This document shows, one piece after another, positions 1-17,166 of a DNA stretch of 64,000 nucleotides. Position 1 is the stretch's first letter. Every line of letters starts with the position of its first letter. Source of the stretch: Chrysomallon squamiferum (taxonomy: Eukaryota; Animalia; Mollusca); NCBI GenBank assembly GCA_012295275.1, contig CM022677.1:19344001-19408000 (forward strand), written 5' to 3'. The position numbers were made by a program, and so were the translations under genes. A model generated the notes under the pieces. That model searched no databases and was not told the DNA's origin. It worked only from the letters and a program-made list of their open reading frames with translations.

Positions 1-154
1 AACGTGTTGGTGGTATTTTTTTTTTTTTTTTTTTTTTTAAATAATAGGTGTCTAGTTTAGCTTGATTTATTTTGTTCTAGTTTGTTTTCTTTTATTTTAA
101 TATATTTTATTTTATTTTGCTTTTCTTTGTTGTTTTATTCCGTTTCTTTTTTAT

Positions 155-188
<34 letters not shown>

Positions 189-373
189 TTTTTTTGATTT
201 GATTCATTTCATATTTTATTTTATATAATATCTCATTTGATTTGATTTGATTTATTTGTTTATTTTATCTAGATTTTTTACTATTTTTATTTTGTTTTAA
301 TCCGAATTTTTGATTATTAAATAATAATAATAATAATTTATTTTTTATCTCTTATTTCTTATTTTATTTTATT

Positions 374-426
<53 letters not shown>

Positions 427-571
427 ACTCATTATTTTATTTTATTTTATTTTATTAGTGTTTGGATTTGTCCTTGTTGCAGTTATGTTTCGGTTTTTCC
501 TTTCTTTTTCTTTTCTTATTGTAGTTCTTTTACGTTTTCTGCATCTTTCAATAGATTTTTATTTTTTTCAG

Positions 572-604
<33 letters not shown>

Positions 605-661
605 TATTATTATTATTATTATTGTTGTTGTTGTTGTTGCTATTGTTATTATTGTTATTAC

Positions 662-697
<36 letters not shown>

Positions 698-1442
698 CAT
701 CATCATCATCATCATCATCATTATTATTAGGGGTTGGAAACCTGTGGTGTTGTTTTTTTTTCGTTTTCTTTCTTTCTTTCTTTCCTTTCTTTCTTTCTTT
801 TCTCTCTCACTTTTTTTTTAATTTTTAAAAAAAAAAAAAAAAAAAAAAAATATTTCACATTACACCTGCATTTGTTGACTCCAAAAAGCAATACACCAGC
901 GTTTGAAAAAAAAAAAAAAAAACAGTTTAAGGTGGAGAACGACAACACCTTACAATTGATTCGTCATAAAAAAAAAAAAAAAAACTTTGCCCATCAATTA
1001 CCGCGATTTTTGCACCTGTCTCTGCACTGTACGTAAAAAAGGTTATTAGAGTGCATATTACCTCATCCTTATCTGCAACAAGCTACGCGGAATGAATGGA
1101 CGGATCACCTTTCGTCGCCATCTTTGAAAAAAAAAAAAAAAAAGTTGCTATTAAGGTTTTTTTGTTGAAGTTGACGACGAGACGATTTACGACGTGCAAA
1201 ACAGTCGCGTCAAAAGCAGACGACGGTTAGACTGTCGATGAATCAGCAGATACTGGCGTAGACCTTTGACCTCGTTTGATAATGCTGAGATGCATCGCAG
1301 CGAGGCGGGGTGGAAATTCATACTGATATGTTATTTTCTAAACCCCCCTCCCCCTCCCCCTCCACTCGCCCGACGTGTTCTTTTTTTGACTAATTCGAAT
1401 ATTCTTGCTAACACTGCCAATTTTGTCGTTCTGTGTGCCATC

Positions 1443-1521
<79 letters not shown>

Positions 1522-2239
1522 GTCGCCACTAGGGGCGCTCGCTAAAGATTTGTCTCACCATTGGCGAATTCCCAGCCTCAAAGTGTTACGTTAATTTATT
1601 ACGTGTCTTGGAACAGAATGAGATGAAATATCAGTTTATTTTGTTAGATGAATTTCTTTAAAAATACTCAGTTGTTTAATAGCCATTTGTAGAGAAGTGG
1701 TAACGCCCGATTCGTGAAAAATAATCCCCTCATGAACGACAACTCTGTATTGTCGTCTGCATTAGTAAACGTCAACATAATAGAAGAAGAAAAAAACAAT
1801 TATCTATTCACGAACGACAACTCTTATTCAGGAACGATTTCGTGTTCATCTATCAATTGAAACAAGCCTAAAACATTTTATCCAACTCAGTATGTCTGCC
1901 TCACGCAAATTTGACAAAAATATCTCTGAAAATATGTTTTTCGTGACTCTTTTTTAAATGAACGTGAAAATACAAATTAAGCGGAAAATGGATTTTTTGA
2001 GAACTTTGAAAAGCGATATGTTTTACAACTATTATAGATATCTTCAAAAAGATTTTTGTTGTTTTTACATTTGGGATTGGTTTTCTTTTAACTGGTATAG
2101 AATATATATTTATTTGACAATTCAAAAAATGCGTTTTTTCAACAGTACAATGATATCATTGTCATAAAATTCTATTGCTAGGAGACGACAATTAGAAATG
2201 ACGTCAGAAGTCAAAAGAGAGGGAATATTTTTTATTTTA

Positions 2240-2324
<85 letters not shown>

Positions 2325-2942
2325 TAATTTAAATGACATTGAAATGACATACAAATTGAGACTACGCAAATATAGTCTCTACACCCATAGACTCTTTCTA
2401 AAAATATATCAATGGTTATTTATCGAGACTCATACATTATTTTTTTCTTAGTCTCCACCCTTTTTGAAATTTCTATGCTACATTTCTTTTCTTTTTTTTC
2501 TTTTTTTATCTATTCAACGCCCGTTTATTATTTTTTTTTCTTGTTCATTTCTTTTCCTTTCTTTACTTTTTCTTTTCTTCTGGTTTAGTTTACTTAGGTC
2601 AAGCGATAAACTAACTTATTTTGCATTTCGTGACGAAGCGATTCCGAAAGAAATGTTCGTGAGAAGACGTCAAAACCCGAATTATAAATAAAACTTTCCT
2701 TTATCGCAGAAAAATGCTTTATAGGCGTAGCTCATTAGCATAATAAATGCGCACATATTTCTGCAAGGCTACTGCTGTTTGAGTACTTAATCTTTTTATA
2801 TAACAAGTCTCTCTCTCTTTCTCTCTCCCACCCTCTCTCTCTCTCTCTTACATATATACACACACGACACACATACATACACACACACCTATCTCTACGT
2901 ACACTAACGTTTAATTAATAATAAATACATAAGTACGTACTA

Positions 2943-3055
2943 CATTAACATAATAAATTTATGAATACTGACGCGTTCTCATTAACATAATAAATGTATG
3001 AATACCGACTCGCTCTCATTAACATAATACTAACGATAACTCGTTCTTAACATTA
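2943..3055. repeat. Short degenerate minisatellite, ~37-bp unit (CATTAACATAATAAAT.TATGAATAC.GAC.CG.TCT), about 3 copies
   Basis: Direct repeats visible by eye. Confidence 0.7.
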
Positions 3056-5220
3056 ATCTAAAGTACATAGGGGCAAAATTGCTCGTACTTTATAATAAAA
3101 AAAAAAAAAAAGAAAGAAAGAAAAGAGGATGAAATAAAATAAAGCACAGTTTTTTAAGAAGGTCACAGAGGCTGATATTTGTAAGCGGAGTTTAGTTCGA
3201 CGCGAAGGTAAGAATGCACATACAGACGCACACACGCACACACACACACAAAACACGAGAGAGAGAGAGAGAGATTATGAAGAACCAAAGAAATAATTAA
3301 CACATAGAAGTAAAATTATATATTACACAGATATTAAACGGACACATATACATATAAAAATAGTATATAACACACACACACACACGCACACACACATACA
3401 CACACACACACGGAGATACACGCACGCACTCACATACATCAAACTAAAACCGATCTATAACGAATCCTGTTAACGTAGACAAACAGACAGACTGACAAGC
3501 CAAGTAAGACGTATTTGGTCGAAAATCAACATCAATCATTCGCTATTTACAGTGTCCGCTTAAAACAGGTTCCACCTGTTTCTAAATCACTAAGTCTTTA
3601 GTACTGACGGCTGAAAATAGTTCTGACAAGTTGGCGCATGAATACAAAACGAAACGTGATTACATTTCTAGATAAACGGGATTTTTTCGTTTCTGTTCAG
3701 AGTTTTAAAAGATGTCTTGATGTTTTTAACAGATATAAGGTGCCTTAGGCTCAATGTTTTCATTATTTATTTCACTTTCTTTTTTTTGTTTTCCTTTTCT
3801 GTTTTTTTAAAAATTATTATTTGTTGCGCTTATAATTTTATTAACAACTTAAATGTTATTTAATGCTGTTTCACAATCATTCTGTTGATGATAATGTCAT
3901 CATCATCATCATTATTATTCTTTTACTACTATACACACACACACACACACAGACGTCTACAGATAAATATCTTCTCGTAAAACGGTGACACTTTATAATT
4001 CTGTTATCATTACATCTGTAAAATACTGGAATTGCCTTAAAGGAATTTATACACATTACATATACATACATGCATGCATACATACATACATACATACATA
4101 CATACATACATACATACATACATACATACATACATACATACATACATACACATACATACTCAGATACATTTCGGAAAAGGGCGTCCCATTGAAGGGTGAT
4201 GTCATATTTCATTACAGGACGTCCAGATTTGTAATTAGGTTCATTCCACTACGGGATGTAATAGGTACTATACCAATAATAATAATAATAATAATAATAA
4301 TATTAATAATAATAATAATAATAATCATCATCATCATCATCATCATCATAATCATAATAATAATAATTAAGAATGTCAGGCTTGCGCAGATTTCATTTTT
4401 CGAATTTTATTTTATTTTATTTTTTTTATTTTTTTCTCATTCGTGTGATTTTATGGTTTATGACAATAAAGGCATTGATAGTGACATTGCCTGGGGGCAA
4501 AGGGGACATCACTCTAGTTCACATATTAAATGTCCTTCAGGTAATGTACATACTTTTCAGACGGGTGATTAATTGGCTTACTACAGTTATCTCTAAATTC
4601 CTTGACGATGTCGACAATCTTCAAGGCGGAAATACACGAAGTTAGACGAAACTGCTGAAGTGGTTTTCGATTCATGACTTTTAACTATATACTTTTTAGC
4701 GCGGAAATATACGAATTTTAACGAATGAAAATCCGAGGATTTTCCTACATATGCAGACGTCGCATAATTATGTCTGTATTGTATTTTTCTGTCAGACGAA
4801 ATGGACGTTAAAATCGGAAAACTCTTTAATTATCCCAAACGATTTGATAATAAGAAGAAAAAAAAAAAATAATAATATTCGTTACAGTATATGCAAGCAC
4901 TCTTATCAAACGGAAAAAGACGAAAACAAACGAAGAAACCGTGTAACTTTCATTAAAAAAAAAAAAATACTAATTATACCTTAATTTCATTTCTGTAATC
5001 TTTCAGACGTAAATAGACGACGATAAACGAAAAAAAAAAACACTAAAATTTAGAAAAAATAGACAAACAAACAAATTAATTAATTAATTAATTAATTTAA
5101 GTAATAATAATGATAACAGTGATAATAATAATAATAAATCGTCTGTCTTTTATTTTTTTTCAGACGGAAACAAGCGAAGAAAACCGAGTACCTTTCGCCC
5201 CGAGCCTGAATTCAACAATC

Positions 5221-9049
<3,829 letters not shown>

Positions 9050-9247
9050 AAATGAACTAGGAAGAAGAAGAAAAAAAAAAGAAAAAAAAAATAAGACAGA
9101 GAGACTATATTAATATTTCTTATTTAGTAAAATTATTAAATACATATAATAATTAAAGAGGAGAAACCAGCACAAAATATCACTACTGATTCATTCGCAG
9201 ACACGAGCGTGTGATTTGAGGACACCTTAGGAAAGCAAAAGACAGAC

Positions 9248-9338
<91 letters not shown>

Positions 9339-10458
9339 TAAATAATGGGGGTGAAAAGGAAAATGATCTGATGAGAAAACAAAAAGTACCGAGAGGCAAA
9401 CGTCAACGATATATCCTGTGACGTCATTTATTTGACGTCATCAACTCTGAAAAAGTTACCGGTGGAATAACTGCTCTATGGATTTCCATGGAAACGCTTG
9501 ACATTCCAATTGACAATTTTGACAATTTTAGACATTTGAAGTTGGTGAATGACAACAACTTGGAGCATTGTGATTTTTAGATTTTTTTGTTTTTGTTTTT
9601 CCAGACATTTTTTTTACTTTTACATTCAACTGGTGGAATTGAATATTTGTATATCTAGTGGGGATACATATCAATTTTATTTTTATTATGTTTCTTATTT
9701 ATCATAATGTGTGCGTTATGCGAACAAGAATATTTTATGTATATATGTATGTATGTAAGTATGTATGTATGTATGTATGTATATATATTGTGCGTGTGTG
9801 CATGTGTATAGAAGCATATTTCCTTCTTTTTTATAGTATGCATTTAGTAACTTTTAAAAAATCTTTTCAACTTCTGTGATTTTGGATTTGAAGTGTATAT
9901 TCTTCGAAATGGGGTTTACGAAAAGGTTTTTCTGGGGGTTTTTAAATTTATTTATTTATTTATTTATTTTTTATTTGATTCAAACGTTCTTTAACGTGTA
10001 TTCCATACTTCCAGTAAATTACTGAATCTGTAACTAATAACAGTAATAGCGCACTCACATACAAATGTATATGTATATACACATACACACATACACACAT
10101 TTATAAGCACAATATTTACAAATTTACGAACGTACCTACACATATACACGTTCACAACCTACAGACATATGCACACACACACACACAAACAAATATAAAA
10201 TACACAAATATTCTTCTACTCTGCTCTTCTATATCAAGTATTCACTTGACGATCCGCAAATCCTGTGTGTGCTGTGCGTGTGCGTATTTACGTGTGTGCA
10301 CCTATACAGGTTTATATTTATACCTATGACTTTATATATACAAAAGCTTATGAGTATATGCATAACTATGGGTAATATATGTAGTTATGTCTATATACCT
10401 TTTTTACATATGTATGTTTGTTCTCGAACAATAGGTTATTAGATGTTTTACTGTTAAT

Positions 10459-10516
<58 letters not shown>

Positions 10517-11003
10517 TTGATAATAAAGGTGATCACTACAGTATACTGGGTTTTGTTGCTTTTATTTTCTGTTTTATTCTTTGGTAATTTATTATTTACT
10601 ATTATTATAACTGTTTAAAATGATTTTGTTGTTTTTTAATCTTTGATTTATTTATTTGTTGTCTTTGTGGTTTTTCTCAAGACAATTGTTTAAAACTTGG
10701 AAAATTGGGACCCATAAAAAAAAAAAAAAAAAAAAAAATTAAAAATTAAAATTAAAATAACAACAACACCATAACTTGTATTAATAACAAAGTAGTCTTA
10801 GTAGTGTTTGCTGTAGTAGTAGTTGTAGTCGTGGTAGTCGAAACAGTTGTTTTTACAACAGAATAATTTAATTTGACATAACATCAAAATAATGACGTCA
10901 ATAATTTCAGGACATTTGTAATTTTATAAACTGAAAATATTTTCTATATAATGCTTAATATTTAAATATCTATGTGGGTAGATTTTTAAAAAAATGTGTG
11001 TTT

Positions 11004-11071
<68 letters not shown>

Positions 11072-11593
11072 CCACGTATGAAAACAAAATTAAACATTTG
11101 GGAACGTCATTGCAAACGTTTTTTTTCCCATTATCAGATAAATAACTCATAAATTCCAATCGGATAGATTTCAGTTTCATTACAAATTTATTGGCAGTCA
11201 TTAAATTTGAAATAAATGGCGTATTTTATTATTATTTTTTTTAATCGGAAACAGACTCAGTGATCTACGCAATTCCAGTTCGAAAATAACACCTACCAAA
11301 AAAAAACAACATCAAAGCCATCTGTTTGTTATTTTTTTAAAAATTTTTTTTTTTTTTGTTGTTTTTTTTATTGTTGTTGTTTTTTAAATTTTTATTGTTG
11401 TTGTTTTTTTTTTTTAACAATTTTTATTGTTGTTGTTTTGTTGTTGTTGTTTTTTAATAGTTTATAGGTGTTTTTTTTTTTTTTTTACACCGGTAACGAA
11501 CATTTCTGTCAGTTATATATGACTGATTTACAAAAGACAGGATTTTTGTCGGATATCATTTTTAAAAATCAAATTAGTTTCATTATTTGTCCT

Positions 11594-12610
11594 TAGATTT
11601 ACACCGGTAAGTCGTAGTGAACGAAAGGAGGCAGCAATGAAAAAATGAATGCTGTGTTAGCAAATCTCCTTCTGTTGTTTCCGGTTTCCTTTTTTACACC
11701 GGTAAGTTTTGTGAACACCATTATTTCACCGAAAGAAGAAACAACAAATTAGATTTACACCACATCTTAGAAAACAGAACAAATTAGATTTACAAAAGTC
11801 TTAGTGAAACAGAACAAATTAGTTTACGTAGTGAACGAGAACAAATTAGATTTACACCGGTAAGTCAAATAGTTTACACCGAAGTCGAAAGAGAACAAAT
11901 TAGATTTACACCGGTAAGTCTTAGTGAAACAGAACAAATTAGATTTACACCGGTAAGTCGTAGTGAAACAGAACAAATTAGATTTACACCGGTAAAACAG
12001 AACAAATTAGATTTACACCGGTAAGTCGTAGTGAAAGACAACAAATTAGATTTACACCGGTAAGTCGTAGTGAAAGAGAACAAATTAGATTTACACCGGT
12101 AAGTCGTAGTGAAACAGAACAAATTAGATTTACACCGGTAAGTCTTAGTGAAACAGAACAAATTAGATTTACACCGGTAAGTCTTAGTGAAACAGAACAA
12201 ATTAGATTTACACCGGTAAGTCGTAAGTCGTGAAAGAGAACAAATTAGATTTACAAAATTAGATTTACACCGGTAAGTCGTTAGTGAACGAAAGAAACAA
12301 ATTAGGTTTACACCGGTAAATTAGTTTACACCGGTAGTCGTAGTGAACAGAACAAATTAGATTTACACCGGTAAGTCGTAGTGAAAGAGAACAAATTAGA
12401 TTTACACCGGTAAGTCGTAGTGAAAGAGAACAAATTAGATTTACACCGGTAAGTCGTAGTGAAAGAGAACAAATTAGGTTTACACCGGTAAGTCGTAGCG
12501 AAAGAGAACAAATTAGATTTACACCGGTAAGTCGTAGTGAAAGAGAACAAATTAGATTTACACCGGTAAGTCGTAGTGAAAGAGAACAAATTAGGTTTAC
12601 ACCGGTAACT
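11594..12610. repeat. 39-bp minisatellite (AACAAATTAGATTTACACCGGTAAGTCGTAGTGAAAGAG), about 20 copies, degenerate at the 5' side
   Basis: Near-perfect head-to-tail units at ~11890-12610, with no spacers. Fragments also at ~11486, 11594-11620 and 11745-11890. Confidence 0.95.
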
Positions 12611-12671
12611 CATTTTTGGTCGGCACAAGAAGTAGATTCTCTATAACAGCAGGTTACAAATTGGCGAGGAC

Positions 12672-12768
<97 letters not shown>

Positions 12769-12779
12769 TGATGATGATG

Positions 12780-12837
<58 letters not shown>

Positions 12838-13212
12838 TAATAATAATAATAAATATATACTAATAGTAGTAGTAGTAGTAGCAGTAGTAATAAATATCCC
12901 GTTCCAGCTATCTCAAAACTGATACACATAGCGTTGGAAGTTACTGAATTAAATACGACTTTTGTTTTACAAAATGGCTGACACATTTTATCTTTATTTG
13001 CAGGGAACAAGGGAGAAGGGCGAGTTTATTACCGAGAGACTAAGAAAACCGTCAGTATCTCTGTCCGTTTGTCTGTAACCATAACTATGTTGTTTACGTC
13101 TTCTTCATTTATATACTCGTTTCTTCGTTAGATCATTTATTTTTTGTCTTTCTTTCTTTATTTTTTTTTTTTTTGCTAGTTTATTTCTTTTTTGTTTTCT
13201 TTTATTTTCTTT

Positions 13213-13253
<41 letters not shown>

Positions 13254-14190
13254 ATTTTTATTTTTTTTAACTTTTTTTTTTATTGTTTGTTTATAAATGT
13301 ATTCATTTATTAGTTGTTTATTTGCTCTGTTTGTTTGAAGGGTCTATTCATTTTTTTTTTTCGCATTCCAAATTAAAAAAAAAAAAAAAATAATAAAAAA
13401 TAATAATAATAATAATAATAAAACTTTAAATATTAGCGATAAGAACACACAAACTACATTTATTTTTCACATTTTAAAGTGTTCTTTAATGGATGCTAAA
13501 AAGAATGGTCTAATATCATTGTGTACACCTCCAAGTTATTACTGTGTTCTTCTACGGATGTCGCATTACAACAAAATAAAACTGTCAAATATTTAACCAC
13601 GTCACTTGATTGTGACGTCATCGCGTGTATTACGTCAAACTGGTATTTGCATCTCAGGCTATAAGAAACTTTGGAGCAAAGAGATCAGCAGTGTACGACC
13701 TGACGTCATGAATTAAAAAAAATATATATTTTTTTTTATACTTCATTATTAAACTATCTATGTGTATCTGTCTGTCTGTCTGTCTGTCTGTCTGTATATC
13801 TTTGTTTAGAGATATATACTTTATTTCAGTCTCACGGTTGTTTTCCGGGGGATTCCACGGTGCTTCTGGAAACGGGAGTCACTTCAGAAATGAAAAATCT
13901 TGTTACAGGTCAAAAAGTTCTGTCCGGTAAGTTACGAGACAGTTTCTGCCTGTGTCGGGTAATAAACAGACGTACTATAAAAATATTTTATCTCGAATTA
14001 TTGACACATTCTCCTTACTGAACGACCTTGACGTTTATCAGAGTTTTGTATCTGTTGCCTGCGTGAGAGCAAAGTATCTAGTTGACCTCTGACCCTCCCA
14101 CTGTAGAACACCGCCCTGCCCCACCTTAAAATAAAAACAGTCCCATGTGATCTGGCAATAGTTCTTGTTCTCTCTCTGGCAATAGTTCTT

Positions 14191-14277
<87 letters not shown>

Positions 14278-14474
14278 CTGCCTATCTATCTGTCTCTCTC
14301 TGCATTTTTTGTTTATATATATTCATGTACATACCAACCTATCTTTACTTATGTATATCTACCTGTCTCTCTATCTATCCATCTAATCTATCTATCTCTC
14401 TATCTATCTATCTATCTATTGATCTATAGATAGATAGATAGGTATCAGTCTGTGTATGTCTATGTATGTGTGTG

Positions 14475-14537
<63 letters not shown>

Positions 14538-14767
14538 CACACACCGTGTTGTGTCTTCGTCGTTTCAGTACAAAACGGAAAACGTGTGTTTTCTGAAGTC
14601 AAAGTCTTCCCCCATCTCGAAAGCGAGGTCAACGTGACCTTTCTCACACTGATTACAGAACAAGGTCATCGAATCACTCTTTCAGAATTACATGTTTTGT
14701 TTACGTCGGCTAATAAGACAGCTAATATGGAACTTAGGTTTGTCTTTGTTTTTCTTTTTTTTTTTTT

Positions 14768-14827
<60 letters not shown>

Positions 14828-15198
14828 AAAGAGTTCCCGCATCTATACTGTCACGTATTTATTACGAACAAATTCTTTCTAAACCTACAAACTGTTACTG
14901 TATTTGCTTTGAGTTATCTATAAATCTTTGATGACGTCATTTTTGTTTTTTAAATTGGAGTTGTGACGTCATAGCGTTTATTAATCGCCGAGTTGCAGTT
15001 ACTTATTTTATGACTGTTTTTTTTTTTTTCTAAAGATTTGCTGCGTTGGTGAAAATAGGAGATTATATTTTTAACACAGAAAACTGCCCGGATGAGATTT
15101 GTCCAGAACGAGTCGTACAAACCTTTTCGTCTGTGAAACAAGGTATTATTATTATTATTATTATTATTAATATTATTATATTATTATTATCATTATTA

Positions 15199-15250
<52 letters not shown>

Positions 15251-15252
15251 CG

Positions 15253-15290
<38 letters not shown>

Positions 15291-15321
15291 ATTAGTATTG
15301 ATATTATTATTATTAGTAGTT

Positions 15322-15363
<42 letters not shown>

Positions 15364-15715
15364 CTAGCAGTAGTAGTAATAAGTGGTGTTGTAGTAGTGG
15401 TAGTGGTGATGGTAGTAGTGGTAGTGGTAGTGGTAGTAGTAATAGTAGTAGTAGTAATAATAGTAGTAGTAATAGTAATTGTAGTAGTAGTAGTAGCAGC
15501 AGTAGTATAGTAGCAGTAGTAATAGTATTAATGATACTAATATGAATTTTTCTTTCTGTCTTTTTATATTTTTGCAGTTATTTATTTATTTATTTATTTA
15601 TGATTTGTTTTTTAATTATTTACTTATTTGTTTATTTGTTTGTTTATTTATTTATTTGTTTATTTATTTATTTATTTATTTGTTTGTTTATTTATTTATT
15701 TATTTATTTATTTGT

Positions 15716-15751
<36 letters not shown>

Positions 15752-16009
15752 AATTTATTTATTTATTAAAATTCGTCGCCAGGTTTGTACCTTCCTTTGA
15801 CCGACTCGGGAAACATCGTCGTCGACAACATCCTGGCATCCTGCTATACGAACTACCTTCGTGTAGATCTCCTCCGTTACGTCATGACTCCGTTTCTATG
15901 GTTTCCGTCGTTATTAGAAACGCGTGTAACGGGAGGTGTCAGTACTGTGGTTAGCAATATGTGGTCTCTCGCTCGCCTTTTTATTCCCCAAACTTCCATG
16001 GACAATTAA
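11645..16009 (+). CDS. Hedgehog-related Hog-domain protein (Hint + sterol-recognition region) lacking a Hedge domain; probable signal peptide plus ~19-aa N-peptide
   Basis: Exons 13004-13050, 13830-13926, 14569-14737, 15036-15142, 15783-16009 join in frame: (G)NKGEGRVYYRETKKTSHG/CFPGDSTVLLETGVTSEMKNLVTGQKVLS...FSEVKVFPH...ITLSELHVLF...FAALVKIGDYIF...GLYLPLTDSGNIVVDNILASCY...SMDN*. These match the Hint G/CF, TxxH, FA..V..G and G.Y.PLT..G.IVV...ASCY motifs, followed by an SRR-like tail (196 aa from Cys1 at 13839). The putative first exon 11645-11701 (MNAVLANLLLLFPVSFFTP) is 1 nt out of phase, so the 5' end is less certain. Confidence 0.88.
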
Positions 16010-16443
16010 ATTTAGTACAGTTAATATTTTAAAATATAAAATGTTTTGTTTCCTTGTTTCGTTTTGTTTTGTTTAATGATAATAATAAGAAGAAAAAGAA
16101 GAAGAAGAAGAAGTAGTAGTAGTAGTAGTAGTAGTAATAATAATAAGAAGAAGAAGAACAGTGGTAGTAGTAGTAGTAGTAATAATAAAAAAATAAAAAC
16201 AATAATAACAATAATAATAGTAATACTAATAATTACACATTTAAATCAAATTCTACTTTTAAGAAGAAAAACAAAAAAGAGAAATATAATGATTTGTTTT
16301 ATTTTTGACAAAAAAAAAAAAAAAAAAAAAAAAACTGAATGTACATAAAGAACAATAAAACTGTCTTTTTAAACAATACTCTGCATATTTGTACGATGAA
16401 ATCAATGTAGGAAAAAGTCACTTCGTTTATTACTTATTGGAAT

Positions 16444-16499
16444 CTATTTTCTCCTTATCATGTAGATTCCATCCCGAATAGGTAGAAACACCTGAAAAG

Positions 16500-16578
<79 letters not shown>

Positions 16579-17130
16579 TGATGACAATAATAATAATCAT
16601 AATAATGCCGATGATAATAACATTCATTTTTTCATATACACAAGCATACATACATACATACATACATACATACATACATACATACATACATACATACATA
16701 CTTACATACAAACACAAATACAAACAAATACGTATACAAACGCACAATTATACAGGTGCAAAAGCTTACACACACACATACACACACACACACACATTCA
16801 TTTCATTTATAAAATTTTATCCCAAGCATTAAGTATGCCAACCCCCCTTTTATTGAATAATGGACCCTCCCATTCTGTCCAGACGTATATTCGTATTTGT
16901 AATAAATACTGCACGTGCCTTTTCTAACGTCGGGTCCTCCGAAACGACGTTGTTGAAACGTATCGCGTCCTCTCCGCCTACGTCACCGACAGTGATGTGG
17001 CCGTAGCCAAAGACGTTGTCCACCACAATGGTGCCGTCTTCAGTCAGAAGTCCCTTCTTCAGCAACGTCTAAAATGTACATTTTTAAAATTAATGCAATA
17101 GCTATGTGTATGTGTATATATATATATATA

Positions 17131-17166
<36 letters not shown>

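Noticed and set aside
458-4984. ORFs rich in poly-I/L/Y/SL/ER/HTYI, here and throughout the window
   Set aside because: Translations of microsatellites, with no coding signal.
11745-12610. CRISPR-like array
   Set aside because: Units are head-to-tail with no unique spacers, there are no cas genes, and the context is a eukaryotic intron.
11874-12628. Minus-strand ORFs with a 13-aa Cys-containing repeat (TTYRCKSNLFSFT)
   Set aside because: A by-product of a 39-bp stop-free unit. The frame breaks in degenerate copies and there is no ATG or splice support.
13830-16009. Canonical hedgehog gene or an intein
   Set aside because: No Hedge-domain exons were found upstream. It ends in SCY plus an SRR-like tail rather than the intein HN-C/S/T motif with a C-extein.
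16850-16918. C-terminus ARAVFITNTNIR... of ORF 16850-17065
   Set aside because: Intron read-through. The conserved ending is in exon 16491-16444.
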